Shown here: positions 47,585 to 56,620 of the stretch, piece after piece | How the letters are laid out: each line of letters begins with the position of its first letter | Numbering within the stretch: position 1 is the stretch's first letter | Source of the DNA: a virus | Reading direction: 5' to 3' (one strand) | Length of the DNA: 64,000 nucleotides | IMG/VR virus record: IMGVR_UViG_3300025132_000022 | Coordinates: 1-64,000 of that record | The notes under the pieces: model-generated | What the model was told of the DNA's origin: nothing | Database searches by the model: none | Seen by the model: the letters and a program-made list of their open reading frames with translations, nothing else | Program-made: the position numbers and the translations under genes

Positions 47585-47893
47585 CTACTTAAATGGCCAA
47601 ACTAATCCTGTATCTCTTTCAAAAGATTTGATTGACCTATCTAACTTAAATTTGTCTCGAAACGTTTTAGGATTGTTCAGTCCGTACTGGGACAACGACG
47701 AGATATATCTTTTCTCTCCTGCCAGCGTCTTAACAAACGAATCTACTTGCTGTGGTGACCCCTTGACGGAGACTGGAAAGTATTCTCCAGTAAACAGAGC
47801 ATCCAGAATTAGTCTCAATCTTGCGCCCATAGCAACCAAGAAACTTTCGTCTATCTTGCTAAAGTCAATTACAATTGGTTTTCTTTTGTTCAT
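47585..47893 (-). CDS. hypothetical virion-associated protein
   Basis: CTANTTA at 47909-47915; GGAG SD. Confidence 0.7.
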   Translation of the reverse strand: MNKRKPIVIDFSKIDESFLVAMGARLRLILDALFTGEYFPVSVKGSPQQVDSFVKTLAGEKRYISSLSQYGLNNPKTFRDKFKLDRSIKSFERDTGLVWPFK

Positions 47894-47916
47894 AGGGGTC
47901 TCCACCAGTAAATAGT

Positions 47917-48103
47917 TTACTTCTTTGCCTTTTCCATTTCTTTGTTCCTTTCTTCAAAGTATTTAGAAAGTCTCTCAACAAACCACCTTCTGATGGTAAC
48001 AGGTAAGTCGTAAACATCGAAATAGTTCCAATTGCCGTGCTGAACAAGATAGAATATCTGTTCATGAACGTGCAACATATAGTCAGATGTCAGGCCAAAA
48101 AAA
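47917..48103 (-). CDS. tail/baseplate assembly chaperone C-terminal extension (gp51/GT-like), probably reached by frameshift
   Basis: HEQIF.L..HG....DVY.LP...RRWF..RL; +1 frame relative to upstream gene, entered at T7 run 48097-48103; alternative SD-less ATG at 48078. Confidence 0.65.
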
Positions 48104-48940
48104 CGTGGCCTCCAGGGGAACCTCCGTTTCGGTTTCCGCACCGCAATACATACACTCAAAGTCCTCTCTGAGTCTAACCGCTGGAACTAACTGGGAGTAG
48201 TTCTTTCTAAGGAATCTGGAATCCCTTGCTGGCATGTCGCCGATCATGTCGTTTAAATCCGAAGGATCAGATGTTCCATCAACCGAAACGATGATCGACT
48301 TTAAAAAATCAGTAGTGTTGGTTTCTGCTAATTTGTTCTTCTTTTTTGTGTTGATCCTGTTGGACATTCGAGTCTCATCCCTAGACGTCATAAGTCTAAC
48401 AGTAACCTGAAGACCTGATGTCGGAAGTGTGGTGTCAAAGTTACCATCTCTGTTTAGGGTGAAGTGCTCTGACTGTTCAAACTTTTCAAAATACTTATGA
48501 TAGTCTGTAAGGTCTACCGTTACATCACACTCTGTACTGCACTCTGGGCAAACAATCTTCACCTCATACTCGGGTCCATATCCCGTCACTCTTGCGGCAA
48601 CCATAATTGCCGACTTGTCGCCAATCAAGAGATCAGGAACCCTGATGTTCTGATCGACAAGAATATTTTGAATAAATTTATCAATCGCTACACCTTTTCT
48701 CAAAAGAGAAGGAGAAGTAAGAATATCTTCATCCCTTGCGGTCATGAATCTTATTTCCACCGTCTCTTGTCGGTGTAAGGGATGATTCTGGGGATAGAAC
48801 AGTCCCTTTGATGGTAGTTCGACAAATTCCGTGTTTGCTGTTCTTCTGACTGTTTGTACTGTCTGGTCCAACTGTCGGGGAGTTGGTTCTGTTTTTTCAG
48901 GAGGCGCTTGTTGCGCCATCCTATTTGAATTTCTGCTCAT
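48083..48940 (-). CDS. tail/baseplate assembly chaperone (T4 gp26-like)
   Basis: VELPSKG..Y, MTA.DEDIL, GD..AI...AR..GYG, CPEC/CMYC, C-terminal FFWP. Confidence 0.85.
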   Translation of the reverse strand: MSRNSNRMAQQAPPEKTEPTPRQLDQTVQTVRRTANTEFVELPSKGLFYPQNHPLHRQETVEIRFMTARDEDILTSPSLLRKGVAIDKFIQNILVDQNIRVPDLLIGDKSAIMVAARVTGYGPEYEVKIVCPECSTECDVTVDLTDYHKYFEKFEQSEHFTLNRDGNFDTTLPTSGLQVTVRLMTSRDETRMSNRINTKKKNKLAETNTTDFLKSIIVSVDGTSDPSDLNDMIGDMPARDSRFLRKNYSQLVPAVRLREDFECMYCGAETETEVPLEATFFWPDI

Positions 48941-48992
48941 TAAAACCTCACTTTACTAAAACTATTATAAACTAAAATAAATATCTTTTTTA

Positions 48993-49622
48993 CTAATTCG
49001 TTCCTGGTGCTAATCCAGAAAGTCCTGCTGCAGCACCGATTCCAGAGTTCTGTACCTGGGCAAGTGCACCTCTATTTGATTTCGATGGATCTTTTAACTC
49101 AAGATTTGCCCAATCGTATCTCATTGTAAGTTCCACGTTTACAAGGTCATCTGCCTCGTAGTCCAAGTCGCCGAAGTTCACACTCTTAATCCATGGATTG
49201 TACAAAGACCACGTTTCGATTGGTTGTCCAATCTCATTGATCGTGTGAATATAAACTCTCCCTCCAACAGCACTCGTTGCTGCCTTCTTGGAGAAGGTAA
49301 CAACCTTACTGTCCTGACCTCTAGAGTCATTTAAGAAGTTGTGTGGTGGAACGTACCCAGACAACTCAATAAGATCAAGCATCGTCTTTGAGGCATCTGG
49401 ATCCACTGGGTCGACAAGAGTCATACTAATCTCTTCCCATTCTAATCTACCAGGGTAATAGAACTTATAGTTGATGAAACTGTGTTCAGATTCTGAAACT
49501 GAAAAGTTCGGTTTACCTGTAGTCTTTACAATCCATTGCGGAATGCCGTTAAACGATAACAAAAATCTATATTTTCTCTTTGGCTCAATTGAAGCATCGG
49601 ACCAAAATTTCTGAATTGCCAT
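48993..49622 (-). CDS. tail tube protein (gp19-like)
   Basis: EPKRKYRF, YPGR..W..I.MTL.DP, E.W.L...WI..VNFG.LDY, LTMRYD. Confidence 0.9.
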   Translation of the reverse strand: MAIQKFWSDASIEPKRKYRFLLSFNGIPQWIVKTTGKPNFSVSESEHSFINYKFYYPGRLEWEEISMTLVDPVDPDASKTMLDLIELSGYVPPHNFLNDSRGQDSKVVTFSKKAATSAVGGRVYIHTINEIGQPIETWSLYNPWIKSVNFGDLDYEADDLVNVELTMRYDWANLELKDPSKSNRGALAQVQNSGIGAAAGLSGLAPGTN

Positions 49623-49665
49623 TATAAAAATCCTCCTAACACTATTAAATAGTGTCTATTATTTT

Positions 49666-52600
49666 TTAATCTTCAAATGATGCGCCAGAGTTGGTAATCA
49701 CAAAATCGATTGCGATGAACTCAATTGCTCTAGCAGGCTTCAAGAAGATCTTTGCGTACATAATGTTTCTATCAATCAGGTCTGGGGTCGTTGTTGTGCC
49801 GTCAAGAACAACCTTAAACTCGGTAAGACCAAATCTAGATTTAACGCTATCTAAGAACGGTTCTACTGAACCACGGAATCTATCCCAAGTTGCCTGAACG
49901 TTCTGGTCGAACAACAAGGTCGCTGCTCTTCTGGAAATCTCTTTCTTGACGAAAATCATCAAGCGACGGACGTTAATTCTATCCAGTGCTGAAGGTGTCG
50001 CCTGAAGAGTCTTCTGACCGAAGACAACAATACCCTCTGCTGGGAACTGTGCGATTGGATTGATATTTGCTTCGTACAGTTCGTCTCTTTCTCTTGAAGA
50101 AACTCTCTGTGATACAGCAAGAACTGGCAATCCGCCCGCTCCGTCAGACAACCCACCTCTGGTGAATCCCGCTGGTGCGAACCAAAGTTCAGACTTGGCC
50201 TGAGTGCTGCCAAAAGTTCCAAGAGCGGTTACAGATGGTGGTACCCACACTTGTCTACCATTGATTTGATCTGAGATCTTTACCCATGGGTAGAATGCAC
50301 AAGCGTAACTTGTATCAAGACCTCTGTTTTCTAGGGAGTCTACCGCGTTTCTGACCTTAGAGTTTTGTACTCTTGTCTTGAAATCATCCTTGTTTTCAGT
50401 TGATGGAATGTACCCACCATTTTCGATATCAATAACCGCGAGGGCGTCTGCTCTGTCCTCACAAGTCCTGATAGCGTGGTTTGTAACCCTAGTATTGGTG
50501 ATGCCAGGAAGTGCTAGAGAATTCATCTCAACAACCTCTGGGTCTGACACTGAATCGATCGCTCTCTTGAGGGATGCAATTTCATAAGAAGTTGTCTCAT
50601 CGCCAGATGAGAACTTGGAATTTCTAAAAGGTTCTTTTTCCGTGATATCAAATCCGTCAAACCCACCATACACTGGAACTGTGAATTTTGCAAACCCTGC
50701 CTTGACAAGATCCTTATATCCACCTCTTTTCGCCGTGTAAGATCTATCATTTGCTCTTGAACCACTCACGTAAACTGCTGTACCAACATCCGCTGGTGCA
50801 ATTGACCCCTGACTCTTTCCAAGTGCAGATCCTACGGACCCTGACTTACTAACAATCACGAGGTCATCCAGTGTGAACATGAAAGATGTCTCGATCGTTG
50901 TCGAGTTTGCTGAAGCGTCGTAGTTGCCCTTGGAGAGGAACCCGCTACCCATTCTCCTGGTTACGTCAACAAAAGATGGATCAAACTTAGTGTCCGTTGG
51001 TGTCCTGTATGTAGAAACGCCAAAGTAGGAGTTTTTAGCATTTGACAGACCTTCTGATGAAGCCGTGAGTCGAAGTGGTAGTGTTGGGTATAACAAAGAT
51101 GCTGTGGTATGGGTTGGAAGTCCCAAAACAATCATGTTCGTATGTGCTGCAGACTTTGCACCCTTGTGACAATCTGTAGTCTTAAAGACAACATCTGAAG
51201 ATTCTGCAGTTGTTACTGACCCAGATGTTGCGGTTATATATTTACCCCCGACAGCACTTGCAGTAACTTGCACGGTAAATGCGCCGTATCCAGTGCCGAC
51301 TTTTTGATCATGAGTAATGAGATTACCTGTCTTGTATCTAGGCGGACCATAGAAACCAAAAGGTATTAGCGCTGGATCTGTTACGCCGTTGTCGACATCT
51401 TGATCAACCAACACTCTAAAGAAGGAAGACTGGTTTGGGTAGTTTCCATAGACTCTGTATCTCTTGTCTACATCATCCCATTCTCTGTACTGGTCACCAA
51501 CTTTTCTACCAACATAGTTATTTGAGTTTGGATTTAAACTGCACTGAGAAAATCTCTCTAGAACAAATGGTCTCGCGTCATTGTCTGATATTCTTCTGAC
51601 CAAGATAGAGAAAGTTCCATAGGGATCTATGTCATTGCCAGGTTTAACATCCGTTATTGAGACTTTTAAGTATCTGGTGTTCCACCCGCCATCGTTAATG
51701 CCACAAAATCTAAACAACTTCTGCATGGCAGCAGCTTTGTACCCTGCGCCAGTAGCGTTCAAGTCTTGACCGAAGATCCAAGGTGTTCTAGAATCCTGGT
51801 TTGGCAATTGTCTGACTAGTCCGTTTGCAGTTCCATGCAATGGTACGATCATTGCAGAAAGTGAGTTGTCTGCGGACAGGGCACCTTGGTGCAGTGTCCC
51901 ACTTACTCCTGAAAATCCATGATGATCTCTAACAAATCTATCAAACGTCTCTCCCAAGAAGTACTTATGCATACCTGCTGTCTGGGTTGTATCGCTGTTA
52001 GTTAAAGTAGGATTGGTATTAAAGACCTTTCTAATGTACTTATCTGAATTTCTGTCAAAGTTGAAGGTAACCTTCCTCTCTGCCTTAGTTCCATCAGTCA
52101 ACAAAGCATTGAACTCCATCTTTGAAGCATCGGATGACTCTATCAGTACGTGTGATCCAGTACCATGCACTCTGCCTGCTGGAAAGTTTCCTCTGGTGCC
52201 TCTAAGGTGCGCTAAGTTACCTGAAAGTGCCATTGTGCCTGCTTGTAGATAAAAAATTGCTCCAAGAGTCCCTGACATCGTGCCGAAGTGATCGAGTGCA
52301 AACTGCGTGCTGCTCACAAGGTTATGTTGACCGTGCATTGATTCTCGTCTGTCTACGCCACCTGTAGAAAAAAGGTATAAACCGTAAACTGAGGACAAAG
52401 TTGAATCTTTCGCATCCAAACTACTATCTAGCGTCCACCCTGCAGAACCCGCAGAGGTTGCTTGGGCATCCTCGGTACCAAGAAGTCTTACGACATTAAC
52501 TGGTCCACTGTTTCTTAAAAATGCTTGTGCAGCATAAGCAGCATACGTTGGTGCTGTCTCATTACCTTCACGCCAAATATCGCCACCTTTTCCACCTGGA

Positions 52601-52788
52601 ACTGGGTTACCAAAAACCTCAATGAATTGTGACATGCTATCTACCCTAAGAGGGACTAGACCTGGACCTTTTTGAAGGCGACCAATGATGGTAGGACCTA
52701 CTGCCTCTGGTTCTCGTGCCAGTTGAGAGTTATCGATCTCGTTGAGAAAGATACCTGGGGATACGAATTTAAACTTCTTTACAGACAT
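49666..52788 (-). CDS. contractile tail sheath protein
   Basis: FVSPGI...EID, YPWV, PPS, WFAPAG..RG, INPI, GQKTLQ...SALDRINVRRL, P..AIEFI. Confidence 0.96.
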   Translation of the reverse strand: MSVKKFKFVSPGIFLNEIDNSQLAREPEAVGPTIIGRLQKGPGLVPLRVDSMSQFIEVFGNPVPGGKGGDIWREGNETAPTYAAYAAQAFLRNSGPVNVVRLLGTEDAQATSAGSAGWTLDSSLDAKDSTLSSVYGLYLFSTGGVDRRESMHGQHNLVSSTQFALDHFGTMSGTLGAIFYLQAGTMALSGNLAHLRGTRGNFPAGRVHGTGSHVLIESSDASKMEFNALLTDGTKAERKVTFNFDRNSDKYIRKVFNTNPTLTNSDTTQTAGMHKYFLGETFDRFVRDHHGFSGVSGTLHQGALSADNSLSAMIVPLHGTANGLVRQLPNQDSRTPWIFGQDLNATGAGYKAAAMQKLFRFCGINDGGWNTRYLKVSITDVKPGNDIDPYGTFSILVRRISDNDARPFVLERFSQCSLNPNSNNYVGRKVGDQYREWDDVDKRYRVYGNYPNQSSFFRVLVDQDVDNGVTDPALIPFGFYGPPRYKTGNLITHDQKVGTGYGAFTVQVTASAVGGKYITATSGSVTTAESSDVVFKTTDCHKGAKSAAHTNMIVLGLPTHTTASLLYPTLPLRLTASSEGLSNAKNSYFGVSTYRTPTDTKFDPSFVDVTRRMGSGFLSKGNYDASANSTTIETSFMFTLDDLVIVSKSGSVGSALGKSQGSIAPADVGTAVYVSGSRANDRSYTAKRGGYKDLVKAGFAKFTVPVYGGFDGFDITEKEPFRNSKFSSGDETTSYEIASLKRAIDSVSDPEVVEMNSLALPGITNTRVTNHAIRTCEDRADALAVIDIENGGYIPSTENKDDFKTRVQNSKVRNAVDSLENRGLDTSYACAFYPWVKISDQINGRQVWVPPSVTALGTFGSTQAKSELWFAPAGFTRGGLSDGAGGLPVLAVSQRVSSRERDELYEANINPIAQFPAEGIVVFGQKTLQATPSALDRINVRRLMIFVKKEISRRAATLLFDQNVQATWDRFRGSVEPFLDSVKSRFGLTEFKVVLDGTTTTPDLIDRNIMYAKIFLKPARAIEFIAIDFVITNSGASFED

Positions 52789-52890
52789 ACTGGAATTCTC
52801 CTTATAACAAAAAATTTACAAAAAATATTATTTTCTCTCTATTAAATAGTCCTTGGAAATTGTAAAAGTTGGGAAAAGAAATAAGAAAAG

Positions 52891-52913
52891 GAATAGGGGG
52901 GCAAACGCCCCCC
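52891..52913 (-). terminator. Rho-independent terminator after fibre gene
   Basis: GGGGGGC-GTTT-GCCCCCC then a T-rich tract. Confidence 0.75.
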
Positions 52914-52928
52914 ATTTAGGTGGGTTTA

Positions 52929-55900
52929 TTAGAACTGATGTGATCCAGACAAGTACTGTATAGTCAATACATCATCACTATCCATTGCAAGAGACTCGTG
53001 CAAGAATATCTCAGTTCCAGCAATTGGTGTTGAACCAGAGGTCACGATTGTCACCTCACCACCAGAGACATCTGGTTCGCCTGACTGCTTGTAGTCATGG
53101 TTCTGACCTGCCTGTAATCTAGACTCAAGAGGTGCTGGGTAATTCGATGCAGGGAATTGCTCACTGCCATAAGTAGATGTGAATTTACCAGACTGACTAG
53201 ACCTAGTAAAACCAGTACCAATCTGAACACTACCCTCTATGGTGCCTGCCTTGTACGTTACCTCAATTGACGCAGTACCATTGATACTGGAGGTAGCGTT
53301 CAAAGTTACCGTCGCAAGATCTGCCTGAGTGTTGAGTGCTGTGTTCATCGCAGTAGCGAGGTTTGCAACAACATCTCTCCAGTCCTGAATGCCCGATCTT
53401 GCTTCAACAGGAATGTCGAATCTCTTTGCACCAGGGTTGTGATCACTGTAGTTGAGGTTAATACTAGCACTTACTGGCAACGGTGAAGAACTGCCGTCTG
53501 CTAAGTGAAAGATATAAGTCTGACTACTAGTACTCTGAACAAGTATAAGTTGCGCTAAACCAGATGAAATAGGCGCATATGTATTGTTCTGCGGATTACT
53601 ACCACCAGATGCTTTACCTGTAACGGTGGAATTGGTTGACCCAGAAGTGAACACAAGTCTGAAAGTACCTGGTTGTAATCCACCACCGCTATTGTAATCA
53701 ATGCGATAGTCGCCGTCATTCTTGTAACTTGCCTGCTTCGCGTTACTCTTAACAAGCAAGAGACCGTTGAAGTAAACCATTTCAGAACCTGAAACCATTC
53801 TGATCTCCGATAAAGAACAGGTAGTATACAGTGAACCAGAACCTTGCGTTGGCTGGGTTCTGTTAACAATCTTCTTGGAAGATCTGGAAAAGATTCTCCT
53901 CTTCCAACCTACACTTAGTTGTCCATTGGCAAACACGATACCTCCGTGAGAGTTGCTTGTATTGTTTACAATGTCGCTGTTAAGATTCGCTTTCTTAACG
54001 ACGTCAGCACTCACAATCTGACCTACCTCTAGTTTATCCACGTCGAGCGTGTGTGTATCTACAGCAGAACCAGACAATGCATCAGATGTAACCTTGTGGA
54101 TCGTAGCAGTTGCTGATCCTGACAGGTTAGTGAAATCAAGTTTTCTAATTTCCAACTTATCTACATCTATTGTGTGTGCGTCAACAGTTGAACCAGATAT
54201 AATCCCAGTCATTGTCATCGATGTACCATCAACATCATTAGCAGTCAACTTATCTGTATCCAGAGTGTGTGCCTTTACCGTAGACCCTGTCAGCGTCGTA
54301 TAATTCATTGATGTACCATCAACGTCCCTGATGTTTGCCTTGTTAGAGTCAATCTCAAAGACTGTTGCCAAAGTACCAGTTACAAGTTGTGCTCTGAAAG
54401 TCGATCCGCTAAAGATAGAATCTTGTGCTCCCATTGATTTCGCAATTGAAATGTCGTGGAATATACCGACTGAAGCAGAGAGTGTACCAGAGACACCAAA
54501 TCTTTGTCCCTTGTCGCTCACAGATCCACTCAACGATGCGCCCTGAGTAGTTCCGATCTTAAATAGAAGATCTTTACCAGCACCAGATCCAGCATCGCCC
54601 AAGATTACGCTTGCGACACCCGCCGAACCAGAACCTGCTGTACCACCAATCTGAAGACCAGCGCCTTCGGCGTCTGCTCCCGACGATCCGCTTGCAAACG
54701 GAATATACTGCTTTTGAGGAACCTCAAAGTTTTCAGAAGTAGATACACCAGATGTTATCTTTCTAGCAGAAAGGTCATCCACAACCAACTTGTGAAACTT
54801 ACCAGATGATCCTGATATATCATTACCTGTAAGTACGTGCAAGTTAGAAGTTCCAGAAGATGTAACGTTAGTTACCACTACCTTGCGGAAGTCGCCTTCG
54901 TCACCATCAATCTTGTGAAGCAGTGAGGTTCCAGAACCAGATACAACTGGTGCTATCACCTTGTTGAAAGTACCTTCGTCAACATCAACTTTGTGAATTG
55001 TTGCAGTGCCAGAACCCGTAAGAGTCGTAGCGATCAACTTATTGAAAGTACCTTCGTCAACATCAAGTTTGTGTGCTTGCGCCGTTCCTGATCCACTGAT
55101 CATGTACGAGGCGGCCGCTCTTACAGAAGAGAACTTGACACTGTTAAACGTACCCACGTCAACGTCCAACTTGTGTAAGTTTGCAGTTGAACCTGTGATT
55201 GTGCCGTTACCAAGTCTTGCTTCTAGTAATCTCACGTCTACTTCGTCAGCATCCAACTTATCAAAATAAGTATTTCTACTTATGTTGGACTGAGAAACAG
55301 AGGTAGCATAGATTGTATTAAATCGGTTATCATTGAACACACCGAGATCTAACCACTGTTCTACTCTCGCAGTCGATGTAGAACCTGATGAAACAGTTTC
55401 AACGAACACACCAGTGTTTGAAGATTCTCCTGCCTGACCCTTTGCATCATTACCAGCATTGTTTGCAATTGGATGATTAGCACCTGATGCATCACCAGCA
55501 ATTCTAAGAGCAAGGTTGGTACCCAGTCTGTGAGTGGATGTTGGTGAACCCATATTAGTGAACTTACCACCACCTACTGCGATACCGCCAGGAGCGGCCG
55601 CTGATTGCTTATAGGTAACTGTAATACTCGCTGTGTGACTTAACTGACCTGCACCACTCAATGCGATAGTTGCTAATCCTGAAGGTATATTTGTGTTTAT
55701 ACTGTTGTAAAAATTGGTAACAACTGTTCTCCAATCGGTGATGCCAGAAATTGCCTCTACTCTAAACTGATATATATCATCACTAGAGAAGATACTTAGA
55801 TCGTTTGCTGTTGGCAAATTCGTACTGGTGCCATCGGACAAGAAGAAAAGGTAACCTTCACTACCAGAACCTCTAATTTCCAAAAGTTGTGCCTTGTACT

Positions 55901-56534
55901 GCGCCGCTGGTCCGTAGGTTTTGCCTCCTGCACCAGTAGACCCAGATGTGAATATAAACTTATACGTTCCTGCCTGCGCTGGAACAAGTGGTTTAGCAGA
56001 TGGTCCGAATGCATCTGCGCGAAGTTCCATTGAACCTGACTGGTTTCCTTGAACCGCTCCACTTGAATGAAGTGAAATTCTTGTCTTCGCGTTGATCGTA
56101 AGACCAGTCTTTGAATCTGCAAAGATCTCACCAGTAGAACCGCTTATGCCTGTAAAAGCAAACACCACCTTACCTGCGTTTGAAGCAGTGAGATGCACGC
56201 CGTCAGTTCTTATTTTTGCGATACCATCGAATCCAGTGCCATTGTTATATTGTACAGCACCTTCATCGCCTCTCGCGGCATTCGAAAGGGACAATGCAGT
56301 TTTCAGTTGACTGAAGTTGAATCCTCTCGCATTGTTGTTCGTCGCATCACCAGCAATGAAAAAGTCGCCATCAATAAAATCGACGTGGCCACTGTTACCC
56401 TGTGTCACATCTAGGTGAGTAACCTGGACTGACCCTGACTGGATATCTGCTCTCGTAACTGCACTTGAACCTAACTTAACTGTTGTTATTGCACCATCTA
56501 CAATGAGTTTGGTGCCTATTTTTGTTAATGCCAT
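52929..56534 (-). CDS. fibre/whisker-like structural protein (long paralog)
   Basis: DGAITTVKL N-terminus; 25-aa SGS..HK.D repeats; two internal about 200-aa inserted domains. Confidence 0.75.
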   Translation of the reverse strand: MALTKIGTKLIVDGAITTVKLGSSAVTRADIQSGSVQVTHLDVTQGNSGHVDFIDGDFFIAGDATNNNARGFNFSQLKTALSLSNAARGDEGAVQYNNGTGFDGIAKIRTDGVHLTASNAGKVVFAFTGISGSTGEIFADSKTGLTINAKTRISLHSSGAVQGNQSGSMELRADAFGPSAKPLVPAQAGTYKFIFTSGSTGAGGKTYGPAAQYKAQLLEIRGSGSEGYLFFLSDGTSTNLPTANDLSIFSSDDIYQFRVEAISGITDWRTVVTNFYNSINTNIPSGLATIALSGAGQLSHTASITVTYKQSAAAPGGIAVGGGKFTNMGSPTSTHRLGTNLALRIAGDASGANHPIANNAGNDAKGQAGESSNTGVFVETVSSGSTSTARVEQWLDLGVFNDNRFNTIYATSVSQSNISRNTYFDKLDADEVDVRLLEARLGNGTITGSTANLHKLDVDVGTFNSVKFSSVRAAASYMISGSGTAQAHKLDVDEGTFNKLIATTLTGSGTATIHKVDVDEGTFNKVIAPVVSGSGTSLLHKIDGDEGDFRKVVVTNVTSSGTSNLHVLTGNDISGSSGKFHKLVVDDLSARKITSGVSTSENFEVPQKQYIPFASGSSGADAEGAGLQIGGTAGSGSAGVASVILGDAGSGAGKDLLFKIGTTQGASLSGSVSDKGQRFGVSGTLSASVGIFHDISIAKSMGAQDSIFSGSTFRAQLVTGTLATVFEIDSNKANIRDVDGTSMNYTTLTGSTVKAHTLDTDKLTANDVDGTSMTMTGIISGSTVDAHTIDVDKLEIRKLDFTNLSGSATATIHKVTSDALSGSAVDTHTLDVDKLEVGQIVSADVVKKANLNSDIVNNTSNSHGGIVFANGQLSVGWKRRIFSRSSKKIVNRTQPTQGSGSLYTTCSLSEIRMVSGSEMVYFNGLLLVKSNAKQASYKNDGDYRIDYNSGGGLQPGTFRLVFTSGSTNSTVTGKASGGSNPQNNTYAPISSGLAQLILVQSTSSQTYIFHLADGSSSPLPVSASINLNYSDHNPGAKRFDIPVEARSGIQDWRDVVANLATAMNTALNTQADLATVTLNATSSINGTASIEVTYKAGTIEGSVQIGTGFTRSSQSGKFTSTYGSEQFPASNYPAPLESRLQAGQNHDYKQSGEPDVSGGEVTIVTSGSTPIAGTEIFLHESLAMDSDDVLTIQYLSGSHQF

Positions 56535-56576
56535 TTCGCATATCTCCTTTTTGTTAGTTTAACAACAAAACAATGT

Positions 56577-56606
56577 ATAAAATAAGGGGGGAGAGGAACT
56601 CCCCCC
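56577..56606 (-). terminator. Rho-independent terminator between the two fibre genes
   Basis: GGGGGGAG-TTCCT-CTCCCCCC followed by TTATTTT. Confidence 0.75.
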
Positions 56607-56620
56607 AAAATAACCTAAAC

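Noticed and set aside
47865-48065. -1 frame ORF as the tail-chaperone frameshift product
   Set aside because: The -1 frame hits TGA three codons after the T-run; the +1 frame carries the recognisable domain.
52789-52928. tRNA or other structured ncRNA in the larger intergenic gaps
   Set aside because: Content is explained by a terminator, an AT-rich spacer and the late motif; no cloverleaf or T-loop motif noticed.
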